Notes under the pieces: model-generated
Database searches by the model: none
What the model saw: only the letters and a program-made list of their open reading frames with translations
Told to the model about the DNA's origin: nothing
Shown here: positions 17,768 to 26,521 of the stretch, one piece after another
Layout: every line of letters begins with the position of its first letter
How positions within the stretch are numbered: position 1 is the first letter of the stretch
Source: Nitrosospira multiformis ATCC 25196
Lineage (GTDB): Bacteria > Pseudomonadota > Gammaproteobacteria > Burkholderiales > Nitrosomonadaceae
Direction: 5' to 3'
Length of the DNA stretch: 32,000 bases
Assembly (NCBI RefSeq): GCF_000196355.1
Contig: NC_007614.1
Location: forward strand, 3,090,001 to 3,122,000
Translations under genes and position numbers: made by a program

Positions 17768-18547
17768 TCAGCGGGAAGAAATGTCTGACGTTCTGTCACT
17801 CCAGTCCTCCTTTTTTGATATTCCAGGCGATGGCTGTGCCTTGGCAACCCTTGCGCGCTCCAGCGCTGCCTGAATGGTGACTTTTTTCAGACTGGCCGCG
17901 GATGATGAAGGCGTCATGCCGGCTGTTACTTCGGTTCTTTCGGTTCTTTTTGCCAGCCTTTCCTCCCTTCCCTGTTTCTCGCGTTCCAGCCGCTGCAACC
18001 GCAACTGGTAGCGCATACGGGCACGGTCGGCTGCTTTCTTTTTTTCCACCCTTTCCACCTTCTCCACTGCGAAGTCTTGATGGTCCGGTTCAGTCCACGC
18101 AATTTGGGCGCCGATCTCTGCACACGGAGAATGCTCCTTCGGAAGAACCATCTGGATACAGTCTACCGGGCAGGGTTCCAGGCATAACGAGCAGCCGGTG
18201 CACTCCCCGGAAATAACCGTATGCATTTGTCTCGCCGCCCCCACAATTGCATCCACCGGGCAGACCTGTATGCACACGGTACAACCTATGCACGCTTGCT
18301 CATCAATCAATGCCACCTCTTTCGTTTTGAACACGCCGTGGGCTGTATTCAAAGGAAGGGGTTCCACCCCCAGCAGTCGGGCCAGTTGATGGATGCCGTC
18401 TTCTCCACCCGGGGGACATTGATTGATCTGTGCCCGCCTCTCTGCAATTGCTTCGGCGTAAGGCCTGCAACCCGAAAACCCGCACTGGCGGCATTGGGTT
18501 TGCGGAAGAATGGCATCAATTTTCTCTGCCAGAGAAATATCTTTCAT
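17768..18547 (-). CDS. RnfB/RsxB-like ferredoxin (N-terminal Cys cluster plus 2x[4Fe-4S] domain) with a long charged C-terminal tail
   Basis: Contains [21 protein letters not shown]...NQCPPGG, then [16 protein letters not shown] and [16 protein letters not shown]. The start is set to the ATG at 18547 ([11 protein letters not shown]), which overlaps the pyrD stop as ATGA. No other rnf/rsx subunits are in the window. Confidence 0.82.
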   Translation of the reverse strand: MKDISLAEKIDAILPQTQCRQCGFSGCRPYAEAIAERRAQINQCPPGGEDGIHQLARLLGVEPLPLNTAHGVFKTKEVALIDEQACIGCTVCIQVCPVDAIVGAARQMHTVISGECTGCSLCLEPCPVDCIQMVLPKEHSPCAEIGAQIAWTEPDHQDFAVEKVERVEKKKAADRARMRYQLRLQRLEREKQGREERLAKRTERTEVTAGMTPSSSAASLKKVTIQAALERARVAKAQPSPGISKKEDWSDRTSDISSR

Positions 18548-19593
18548 GTTGAACTGGCACCATCGAGGCCCCCCCCATTTGCATTGCACAACACCTGTGC
18601 AATCTCACCCACGAGATGAGGACCGCGATAAACGAGGCCGCTGTATACCTGGATCAGGCTGGCGCCGGCTGCGATTTTTTCGGTAGCGCCGGCCGCATCC
18701 ATGATGCCGCCCACCCCGATAATAGGCAGCGCCCCTTGCAGGGCATGGTGGAGGCGCGCGACGACTGAGGTCGCGCGTTTTGCAAGCGGCGCCCCGCTCA
18801 ATCCGCCCGCTTCCCGCGCATGGGGAAGTGTTTCCACCCCTGCGCGGGAGAGGGTGGTATTGGTGGCAATAACGCCGTCAACACGATGCTTCATCAACAG
18901 TGCGGCGATGGAATCGATTTCCGGCAACTCCAGGTCAGGAGCGATCTTCACCAGAAGTGGGGTGTATTTTCCATGTTCGTCAGCCAGACGCTGCTGATTC
19001 AGTTTCAGCGTGCCAAGCAGGGAATCCAGTTCGGTGGCCTGTTGCAGTTGCCGAAGATTAGGGGTATTTGGAGAAGAAATGTTGACGGTGATATAGCTGG
19101 CGTAGCGATACGCCTTGCGCAGGCATATCAGATAGTCATCCACGGCTTTTTCTACCGGCGTATCGAAGTTTTTCCCGATGTTGATCCCCAGAATACCTTT
19201 GTAGTCCATCGCCTTCACGTTTGCGACAAGACCCTCGATACCGTTATTATTGAAGCCCATGCGGTTGATAATGGAATTTGCCTGCGGCAGGCGAAACAAT
19301 CGGGGCTTGGGATTTCCCGGCTGTGGCCGCGGCGTGACCGTGCCAATTTCGATAAATCCGAATCCAAGGGCCGCCAGCGCGTCTATATGTTCGCCATTCT
19401 TGTCCAATCCCGCTGCCAAGCCGACAGGGTTGGGAAAGGTCAGCCCCATTATGCTGCGAGAACGGCAGGGCGCAGGACGCGCACGGTAGAGCCCAAGCCG
19501 ATGGGCCGTCTCCATCGCGTTGAAGGCAATACCATGCGCGGTTTCCGGTTCGAGGGCAAATACCAGGGGACGGAGCAATGAGTAAAGCATCAT
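18544..19593 (-). CDS. pyrD: Dihydroorotate dehydrogenase (quinone), class 2
   Basis: The N-terminus [14 protein letters not shown] is PyrD-like. [50 protein letters not shown] and GGLSG are also present. Confidence 0.93.
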   Translation of the reverse strand: MMLYSLLRPLVFALEPETAHGIAFNAMETAHRLGLYRARPAPCRSRSIMGLTFPNPVGLAAGLDKNGEHIDALAALGFGFIEIGTVTPRPQPGNPKPRLFRLPQANSIINRMGFNNNGIEGLVANVKAMDYKGILGINIGKNFDTPVEKAVDDYLICLRKAYRYASYITVNISSPNTPNLRQLQQATELDSLLGTLKLNQQRLADEHGKYTPLLVKIAPDLELPEIDSIAALLMKHRVDGVIATNTTLSRAGVETLPHAREAGGLSGAPLAKRATSVVARLHHALQGALPIIGVGGIMDAAGATEKIAAGASLIQVYSGLVYRGPHLVGEIAQVLCNANGGGLDGASST

Positions 19594-19751
19594 TCATTCT
19601 ACCATTGCCGCCGGGGTGAACGCTTGTTCCCTGATCCGGTCTATACGGAGTCTCCATGATAACCGGCGGCAGGCGGGGTTCAGACGCCATGTCTGGCATA
19701 TTGAAGATTCTAACCGGATATCGGTTGCATAAGTCTTGAACAGGAGCATTC

Positions 19752-20687
19752 ATGAAGTTGCAGCATCTTTCTCTGATCCTGGTTCTCATTTTATTTTCGG
19801 GAACTGCTCGCGCCGCCACATTATGGGACAAGTTCAATGATGAGGTGGAAACACTCTATCAGCAGGGAGACTATAAAGGGGCGGCGGTAGCGGCGAAGAA
19901 GGCGCTGCAAGCAGCAGAACAGGGGTTGGAGCCGGGTCATCCGGATATTGCAACCAGCCTCAACAGCCTTGCCATGATCCATAGTGCTCAGGGGCACTAT
20001 AAGGAGGCGGAACCGCTTCTCAAGCGTGCGCAGGCAATTTTTGAAAAATCATTGGGTACAGAAAGCCCGGAAGTGGCCGCAACGCTGAATAACCTGGCGA
20101 TGCTGTACCGGAACAAAGGGGATTATGCGGAAGCCGAGTCGCTTTACAAGCGCGCGCTGGCGATCGATGAGAAAGCTTTCGGAGAGGAGCATCCCAACGT
20201 CGCTGCAAGCCTGAACAATCTGGCGCAGTTATATCAGGCAGAGGGGCAATACCCTCAGTCCGAACCCCTCCTTAAACGGGCAGTGACAATATTGGAAAAA
20301 ACAGGAGGCCCCTACCATCCCAACTTGGCCGTGAGTCTCAACAATCTCGCCTTGCTTTACAATGCGCAGAAGCAGTATGCGAAAGCCGAACCTTTATACA
20401 AACGTGTATTTGCAATCACGAAAAGAGCTTTCGGACCGAATCATCCCAATGTCGCCTTGAGTTTGAACAATCTTGGCGGACTGTATAAGGACCAGGGTAA
20501 ATATCCTCACGCTGAACCGCTGTTTCGCCGCGCCCTGCTCATCTCGGAAGAAACGCTCGGCCCGGATCACCCGAATGTGGCCACAAGCCTGGAAAACCTG
20601 GCGCAGTTGTATAGGGAAATCGGCTATTCCCATAAGGCTGAGCCGTTGGCTAAACGGGCAGCGGCTATCCGGGCGGCAACGCGGTAA
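19752..20687 (+). CDS. Secreted tetratricopeptide-repeat protein (kinesin-light-chain-type TPR units)
   Basis: The signal peptide is MKLQHLSLILVLILFSGTARA-AT. Six consecutive units follow the pattern HPNVAxSLNNLAxLYxxQGxYxxAEPLxKRAxxIxEKxxGxx. The RBS CAGGAG lies upstream. Confidence 0.85.
   Translation: MKLQHLSLILVLILFSGTARAATLWDKFNDEVETLYQQGDYKGAAVAAKKALQAAEQGLEPGHPDIATSLNSLAMIHSAQGHYKEAEPLLKRAQAIFEKSLGTESPEVAATLNNLAMLYRNKGDYAEAESLYKRALAIDEKAFGEEHPNVAASLNNLAQLYQAEGQYPQSEPLLKRAVTILEKTGGPYHPNLAVSLNNLALLYNAQKQYAKAEPLYKRVFAITKRAFGPNHPNVALSLNNLGGLYKDQGKYPHAEPLFRRALLISEETLGPDHPNVATSLENLAQLYREIGYSHKAEPLAKRAAAIRAATR
19938..20684 (+). repeat. Array of six tandem 126 bp (42 aa) coding repeats inside the TPR gene; the last unit is truncated to 39 aa
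   Basis: The unit boundaries were read from the translated sequence: each unit begins HP(D/N)(I/V/L)A or SPEVA. Spacing is exactly 42 residues for five units. Confidence 0.8.
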
Positions 20688-20700
20688 ATAAAGCAGTGTT

Positions 20701-21456
20701 TCAGGGGAAGGCGCAGGAAGGGTAATCGGAGAGATTTTCCAGAAGTTCCCATTGGCCATTGATTAGCGCCTGCAATGGCCTGAATGCCGCTTTGTACGCC
20801 ATTTTTCGACTATCCTTGATCCAGTAGCCGAGGTAAAGATAAGGAAGCTTCAATTCACGGCACTGGTGCGCCTGCCACAAAATATTATAGGTACCAAAAC
20901 TCGCGCCCGGTACATCCGGGTCGAAAAATGTATAGACCGACGATATTCCGTCAGGCAGCTCATCGATGATGCTGACCATTCGTAAAACACCGTTTTCCCG
21001 GAATTCCACCAGTTTCGAATCGACATTGCTGGGCAGCAGAAAATGCCGGTACTGCTCGCGGCTATCCCGATCCATGCCGCCGCCCGAGTGGCGTTGGGCC
21101 TGATAACGGAGATACAGTGCGTAGTGATCGGGGTGATAATACAAATCATGCTGAGTCGCAACCAGGTGCCGATGTCGATTCCAGGAACGGCGCTGGCTTC
21201 GGCGTAGCGCGAGGCTGTCAACTACCACTCGGACTGGAAGGCAGGCGCGGCAATTGTCACAGAAAGGACGATAAGTAAAAGCCCCGCTGCGACGAAAACC
21301 AGCTTGTACGAGACCGCCATAAACAATGGTGTCAATCAGATGACTGGGAGTTGCCACCTGCGAGCGCGCCAGTTGCTCAGGAAGATAGCTGCATGGATAA
21401 GACGCGGTAGTGTAGAACTGCAGCGTGGATGCAGGAAGATCATTCAACTTGCTCAT
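20701..21456 (-). CDS. bpt: Arginyl-tRNA-protein transferase family enzyme (bacterial Bpt, Asp/Glu leucyltransferase)
   Basis: [21 protein letters not shown]...GFRRSG...[16 protein letters not shown]...YLYLGYWI is typical of Bpt/ATE. It overlaps the aat 3' end by 17 nt. Confidence 0.88.
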   Translation of the reverse strand: MSKLNDLPASTLQFYTTASYPCSYLPEQLARSQVATPSHLIDTIVYGGLVQAGFRRSGAFTYRPFCDNCRACLPVRVVVDSLALRRSQRRSWNRHRHLVATQHDLYYHPDHYALYLRYQAQRHSGGGMDRDSREQYRHFLLPSNVDSKLVEFRENGVLRMVSIIDELPDGISSVYTFFDPDVPGASFGTYNILWQAHQCRELKLPYLYLGYWIKDSRKMAYKAAFRPLQALINGQWELLENLSDYPSCAFP

Positions 21457-22138
21457 GATCGAAACACCATTTTTCGCCTCGTTCCATATAGTTTACCAAT
21501 TCTTTCAATCTTTGACTAAATTCCTCGCGCGGGATTTCACGCGCGCCGAGGGATGCAAGATGGGCGGTTTTCATCTGGCAATCGATCATTTCAAATCCCC
21601 ATCGCTCGAGTTGCCGCACCAGATGCACAAATGCAATTTTGGAAGCATTGGAAACGCGCGAGAACATGGATTCACCGAAGAAGACGCGTCCCAGCGCAAC
21701 TCCATATAGTCCTCCTACCAATTCCCCGTCCATCCAGGTTTCCACGGAATGGGCGAAGCCCATTTCATGCAGGGCGCTATAGGCGAAAATCATTTTATTC
21801 TGTATCCAGGTTCCGCAACTGTCTCGCCGCGGTGCGGCACAGGCCCGCATGACCGGGGTGAAATTCCTGTCGGTACGAATTTCATAATTACCCTTTCGCA
21901 ACGATTTTTGCAGCGAACGAGATACTTTGAGCTCCCGCGGGAACAGCACCATGCGCGGATCGGGACTCCACCAGAGAATGGGGTCGCCATCATTGAACCA
22001 TGGAAAAATTCCCTGGCTGTATGCCTCGATAAGCCGACGCGGCGAAAGATCGCCCCCTACTGCCAGCAGGCCGTTTGGCTGAATGAGCGCGGTGTGCAGC
22101 GGAGGGAAGAGGGAATCAGACGAGAGCCAGGGAATCAT
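21440..22138 (-). CDS. aat: Leucyl/phenylalanyl-tRNA-protein transferase
   Basis: [28 protein letters not shown]...[13 protein letters not shown]...[19 protein letters not shown] are Aat signature regions. Confidence 0.92.
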   Translation of the reverse strand: MIPWLSSDSLFPPLHTALIQPNGLLAVGGDLSPRRLIEAYSQGIFPWFNDGDPILWWSPDPRMVLFPRELKVSRSLQKSLRKGNYEIRTDRNFTPVMRACAAPRRDSCGTWIQNKMIFAYSALHEMGFAHSVETWMDGELVGGLYGVALGRVFFGESMFSRVSNASKIAFVHLVRQLERWGFEMIDCQMKTAHLASLGAREIPREEFSQRLKELVNYMERGEKWCFDHEQVE

Positions 22139-22175
22139 GAAACCAGCAAGGCGTTGAGTACCTTCTGTTTGAGTA

Positions 22176-22874
22176 TCAGGAAGCAGGCGTCTGCCGGAAA
22201 CCTGCGTGATAACGCGTTACGTCGGGAACATCTGCCGATTCAAAGCCCGCCCGTCGCAAGCGGCAGGAATCACATACGCCGCAGGCCAGCCCCGCATCGT
22301 CCGCCTGATAGCAGGAAACAGTCATGCTGTAGTCAACGCCGAGCACGCCCCCCCTCTTTATGATCTCCGCCTTCGACAAATTCATTAGAGGCGCGTGAAT
22401 GGCAAGGCGTGTCCCTTCAATCCCGGCTTTTGTCGCGACGTTCGCCATCGTCTCAAAGGCTTCGATATACTCAGGACGGCAATCGGGATAACCAGAATAG
22501 TCAATTGCGTTAACACCGATGAAAATATCCCCGCTCCCCAGCACTTCGGCCCAGGCCAGTGCAATGGAAAGCATGATGGTATTACGCGCGGGTACGTAGG
22601 TGCTGGGAATGCCCGGCGTAACCCCGTCCGTCGGAATTTCACGCTCTTTGTCGATAAGCGCGGAGCCCCCGAATGTGGAAAGATCCACTTGAATGATTTT
22701 ATGGGCGGTGGCACCCAAGGAGCGGGCAAGATTTTTTGCCGCGGCGAGCTCCGCGCCGTGGCGCTGGCCGTAGCTCACGCTCAAGGCATAACACTCATAT
22801 CCTTGCTGGCGGGCGATAGCAAGGACGGTGGCCGAGTCCAGACCTCCTGACAGCAGCACGACTGCCTTAACCAT
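22176..22874 (-). CDS. queC: 7-cyano-7-deazaguanine synthase
   Basis: Contains [14 protein letters not shown] (PP-loop), YGQRH, TYVPARN and the C-terminal zinc cysteines CYQ...CGVCDSC. Confidence 0.93.
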   Translation of the reverse strand: MVKAVVLLSGGLDSATVLAIARQQGYECYALSVSYGQRHGAELAAAKNLARSLGATAHKIIQVDLSTFGGSALIDKEREIPTDGVTPGIPSTYVPARNTIMLSIALAWAEVLGSGDIFIGVNAIDYSGYPDCRPEYIEAFETMANVATKAGIEGTRLAIHAPLMNLSKAEIIKRGGVLGVDYSMTVSCYQADDAGLACGVCDSCRLRRAGFESADVPDVTRYHAGFRQTPAS

Positions 22875-22927
22875 AAAGTTGTAAAAAACGAGTCACGACG
22901 CGGTCTATTTTACCCCGTTAGCACCCG

Positions 22928-23632
22928 TTATCGTCCGGGGCCCTCCCCCCACAGCAATTTGTGCAACTGAACCTGCATGCGCACGGGCAACCGGTCCCTT
23001 AAGATCCATTCCGCAAGGACAGTCGGCTCCAGTTTGCCATGAACGGGAGAAAACAATACAGGACAAGTATGGTCCAACCGATGCTTACCCATCATCTCGA
23101 CCGCCCACCGGTAATCGTCTTCGTCACAGAGCACAAACTTTACCTCGTCATGGCTTGTAAGGTACTGAACGTTGCTCCAGAGATTTTTTTCCACCTCTCC
23201 GGAACCAGGCGTTTTGAGGTCCAGGATTCTGGATACGCGCGCATCCACTTTGGATATATCCAGAGCCCCGCCGGTTTCCATTGATACCGAATAACCCGCA
23301 TCGCACAGCAATCGAAGCAAAGCCAGGCACTCTTTTTGAGCCAGAGGTTCGCCCCCTGTCACGGTAACATGACGAGCCCCATGCCTTGCCACCTCCATCA
23401 GAATAGCGGCAAGGGAGAGGCGCTCGCCCTCATGGAACGCATAAGCAGTATCACAGTAGCCGCAACGCAGCGGACAACCGGTGAGCCGCACGAAAACAGT
23501 CGGCAGCCCTACACGACTGGTTTCTCCCTGCAGAGATAGAAAGATCTCGTTGACACGCAAGCTTGCCCCTTCCGCGGAAGATGGAATCTTCCTGGACAGA
23601 GGTGGGAAATCCGGGGACAGGATCTGAACCAT
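22928..23632 (-). CDS. queE: 7-carboxy-7-deazaguanine synthase (radical SAM)
   Basis: Contains NEIFLSLQGE, GxPxVFVRLTGCPLRCGYCDT, VTVTGGEP and a C-terminus typical of QueE. The start is ambiguous between the ATG at 23632 and the GTG at 23677. Neither has a clear SD sequence. Confidence 0.88.
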   Translation of the reverse strand: MVQILSPDFPPLSRKIPSSAEGASLRVNEIFLSLQGETSRVGLPTVFVRLTGCPLRCGYCDTAYAFHEGERLSLAAILMEVARHGARHVTVTGGEPLAQKECLALLRLLCDAGYSVSMETGGALDISKVDARVSRILDLKTPGSGEVEKNLWSNVQYLTSHDEVKFVLCDEDDYRWAVEMMGKHRLDHTCPVLFSPVHGKLEPTVLAEWILRDRLPVRMQVQLHKLLWGEGPGR

Positions 23633-23681
23633 ATATACGGGACGGAAGCCGGCAGGAAAATGTCCTGGCCGGCACACGCCG

Positions 23682-24596
23682 CTATTTGATACTGGTTAAC
23701 CGCCGTTTGGCTTTGTCTGCTGCGTCGCTGCCGGGATATTTGACGATGACGCTTTCCAGAATTGTCCGGGCAGCATCTTTTTTATTCAGCTCCAACTGGC
23801 TGCTGGCTATATTGAGCATCGCATCCGGTACTTTGGGGCTGTCCGGATAGATTTTGATCAGCGTCTCCTGCGCGGCAACGGCATTCTTGAACTCGCGCAA
23901 TGCATAGAAGGAATTTCCGATCCAGTAGTGGGCGCTGGCAGCAAAACTTGATTCGGGATAAGACCTGAGAAAACTGTTGAAACTGGATATGGCTTCCTTG
24001 TACTTGCCTGTCTTGAACAGATCGTATCCGTTCTCATAGGCGCGGCCATCGGCGCCATCGGCGACAGAATTCCTGTTGGCAGGCGTGGCGTATTCGGACG
24101 AAACGGCAGAAGCCGAGGCAGGAACAGCAGCGGATGCAGTTCCTTTCATCCCCTGACTGGAATTCGGGCCTGCATTGGAATCAATGGCGGAGCTGGATGC
24201 AGCGGGGGAGGATACCCCCGACCTGGGCGCAGCTGTCCCATCGGCTCCTTCCGTCTGCTCCAGCCGCCTGAGCCGGTTATCGAGATCAACGTAGAAATCC
24301 CGCTGCCGTTTCTGCGCCAGTTCGTTTTCATTGACCAGCACTTCTATCTGACCCTGCAACCTGTTCAGATCGAGCCGCAGGCTTTCTATCTGGTTGTGAA
24401 GTTCCAGCAATGGCCGACTACCGAGATCTTCTTCGAGTCTGCTAACACGAGATTCCAATGTTTGTCCCTGATTCCTCAGGTCGCCCATCGTCTGCTGCGC
24501 GACCATGCGGCGCGGCGCCCTGTCATCATCGAAGGTTCTCGCATGAATCGAACCACAGACCATCAGAACCGATAGCAGGAAAGCGCGCTGGAGCAT
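23682..24596 (-). CDS. cpoB: Cell division coordinator CpoB (YbgF), Tol-Pal associated
   Basis: Has a signal peptide and an N-terminal coiled coil (LESRVSRLEEDL...LRLDLNRLQGQIE...RDFYVDLDNRLRRLE). A Ser/Ala-rich linker follows, then a C-terminal TPR domain (YxxAxxLFKTGKYKEAISSFNSFLRSYPES...A.YWIG). The position after pal matches the usual order. Confidence 0.9.
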   Translation of the reverse strand: MLQRAFLLSVLMVCGSIHARTFDDDRAPRRMVAQQTMGDLRNQGQTLESRVSRLEEDLGSRPLLELHNQIESLRLDLNRLQGQIEVLVNENELAQKRQRDFYVDLDNRLRRLEQTEGADGTAAPRSGVSSPAASSSAIDSNAGPNSSQGMKGTASAAVPASASAVSSEYATPANRNSVADGADGRAYENGYDLFKTGKYKEAISSFNSFLRSYPESSFAASAHYWIGNSFYALREFKNAVAAQETLIKIYPDSPKVPDAMLNIASSQLELNKKDAARTILESVIVKYPGSDAADKAKRRLTSIK

Positions 24597-24598
24597 GA

Positions 24599-25126
24599 TT
24601 ATTCACCCTGATAACGGATATCCACGCGGCGATTTTCAGCCCATGCAGCCTCGTCATGGCCCATTGCATGAGGTTTTTCCTCGCCCAGGCTCACAGCTTC
24701 AATCTGCCCCTCCTGGGCACCTGATAGGGTCATTGCATACTTGACCGCGTCCGCACGACGCTGGCCCAACGCCAGGTTATACTCGCGACTGCCGCGCTCG
24801 TCTGTATTTCCCTGCAGCAGCACCCTGGCATTGGGATGCTCACGCAGATATTTCGCATGTGCCGCGACCAGAGATCTGAATTCATCCTTTACTACATAGC
24901 TGTCGAAATCGAAATAGATGCTGCGCTTGGAAAGAATGCTGTTGGGATCGGTAAGCGGATTGAGGGTTGGGGATGTGTAATCCTCAGCCTGCATGCCCTC
25001 CCTTTGCGCGGCGGCAGCATCCCTGGATCGATCTCTATCCTCCATATCCGCGTCGCCGGGCTGCTTTGTCTGGCTGGCGCATGCTGTCAACAGGCTGATC
25101 AATAACACGCCCAAAACTTTTTTCAT
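24599..25126 (-). CDS. pal: Peptidoglycan-associated lipoprotein Pal (OmpA-like domain)
   Basis: The lipobox is LLTAC-A. The OmpA-like region reads IYFDFDSYVVK...LLQGNTDERGSREYNLALGQRRADAV...NRRVDI. Confidence 0.93.
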   Translation of the reverse strand: MKKVLGVLLISLLTACASQTKQPGDADMEDRDRSRDAAAAQREGMQAEDYTSPTLNPLTDPNSILSKRSIYFDFDSYVVKDEFRSLVAAHAKYLREHPNARVLLQGNTDERGSREYNLALGQRRADAVKYAMTLSGAQEGQIEAVSLGEEKPHAMGHDEAAWAENRRVDIRYQGE

Positions 25127-25164
25127 TTCTATTCCCTTTTAGGTTAGCCAAAAATACACTGGAA

Positions 25165-26490
25165 TTACTGCAGACGCCGTAGCGGACCCCACGCCGGTTC
25201 TCTTATATCACCCGTCTGCGTTGAAAGCTGCTGCCGGGTTCTCCCGTCACTCGAAACCGCGGATAATATACCACGGCCCCGTATTTCAGTAGCATAAAGA
25301 ACCATTCTGCCGTTGGGGGCAAAGCTTGGCGATTCGTCGAATCTCGAATCCGTGAGCAAGCGCACCTGGCCGGTCGCAAAGTCCTGAATGGCCACGTTGA
25401 ATCTATCGCCGCTGCGGTGGATAAAAGTAAAACCTTTTCCATCGGGACTGTAACGCGGACTCACGTTGTAGCTTCCTTCGAAAGTAAGACGTTCCGCAAC
25501 TTTGGACACACCTCCTGTGACAGGCATCCGATAAATTTGAGGACTGCCGCCACGGTCAGAGGTGAAAATGATATAACGGCCGTCCGGCGAAAAACTTGGC
25601 TCGGTATCGATGCCGGAACTTTGTGTAAGGCGCTGAAGTCCTCCGCCATCGGAGTTGATCAGAAAGATTTGCGAGCCACCCATTACAGATAGCACAACCG
25701 CAAGCTTCCTGCCATCGGGAGACCATGCCGGCGCACTATTGCTCCCCCTGAAATTTGCAACCGCCTTGCGTGTCCGGGTCGCAAGGGTCTGAACGTAAAC
25801 CACCGGTTTCTTGTTCTCGAAAGATACATATGCAAGCCGGGTGCCGTCCGGGGACCAGGCGGGCGATATGATCGGCTCCGTATATTCGATGACGGGCTGG
25901 GCATTGAACCCGTCCGCATCTGCCACCTGGAGCGAGTATTTCTTCCCCTGCTTGATCACATAGGCAATGCGAGTGCTGAACACGCCGACGTCACCGGTCA
26001 GTTTTTCGTAGATCATGTCGGCAATGCGGTGGGCGGCAGCGCGCAGCTGCTCCGGCGCCACTGTCTCGACATAACTTCCCAGTTCTGCCTGCCTTGCCAC
26101 ATCCAGCAACCGGACGCGGATCGATATCTGGCCTCCGGAGACGGGTATCGCGGTGCCAATGGCGAGCGCGCTCGCACCCCGATTGATCCAATCCGGGAAC
26201 GAAACCTCGACCGGTTCATGCGGCCGCAGGCCTCCGGGATCGACCAGCTTAAATAATCCTGTACGTTGCAGATCCGCCGAAATGACGGGGGTAAGGCTTT
26301 GCGCCCCAAGTCCTTCCTCTCCCGAAAAGGGAACTATCGCGACAGGAATCTGGTTGGCGCCTCCACCGAAAATTTCGATGTTGAGAGCGGCCTGCGCTGG
26401 CGAGCAGACCAGCCACAAAAAGAACAAAACGGCAGCATAGCCGGAAAGTTTATGCGAGCGGGACGGCGTGGGCAGCATAGCAATGGCCAT
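25165..26490 (-). CDS. tolB: Tol-Pal system beta-propeller protein TolB
   Basis: Has a signal peptide and repeated SPAWSPDG / PSFSPDG / PRYSPDG / PSFAPNG propeller motifs. The N-terminal domain reads IPVAIVPF. The position between tolA and pal matches the usual order. Confidence 0.93.
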   Translation of the reverse strand: MAIAMLPTPSRSHKLSGYAAVLFFLWLVCSPAQAALNIEIFGGGANQIPVAIVPFSGEEGLGAQSLTPVISADLQRTGLFKLVDPGGLRPHEPVEVSFPDWINRGASALAIGTAIPVSGGQISIRVRLLDVARQAELGSYVETVAPEQLRAAAHRIADMIYEKLTGDVGVFSTRIAYVIKQGKKYSLQVADADGFNAQPVIEYTEPIISPAWSPDGTRLAYVSFENKKPVVYVQTLATRTRKAVANFRGSNSAPAWSPDGRKLAVVLSVMGGSQIFLINSDGGGLQRLTQSSGIDTEPSFSPDGRYIIFTSDRGGSPQIYRMPVTGGVSKVAERLTFEGSYNVSPRYSPDGKGFTFIHRSGDRFNVAIQDFATGQVRLLTDSRFDESPSFAPNGRMVLYATEIRGRGILSAVSSDGRTRQQLSTQTGDIREPAWGPLRRLQ

Positions 26491-26521
26491 AAGTTAATTT
26501 TGAAACAATAGATTATACCAG

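Noticed and set aside
18820-19581. A 253 aa plus-strand ORF inside pyrD. Similar antisense ORFs lie at 6893-7465, 12445-12885, 14156-14572, 16208-16726 and 29354-29770.
   Set aside because: All lie opposite well-supported genes, lack family motifs and lack RBS context. They are treated as shadow ORFs.
19690-19712. A sigma-54-like TGGCAT element upstream of the TPR gene, and a similar CTGGCATCGCT at about 10067
   Set aside because: The -12 GC element (TTGC) at the required 5 nt spacing is missing in both cases, and no enhancer-binding protein gene is nearby.
22875-22927. A possible preQ1 riboswitch in the queE-queC spacer or upstream of queE
   Set aside because: The minus-strand RNA here (CGGGUGCUAACGGGGUAAAAUAGACCGCGUCGUGACUCGUUUUUUACAACUUU) lacks the compact hairpin plus A-rich tail (AAAAAACUA-type) of the preQ1-I/II motifs. 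The U-run is of the wrong sense.
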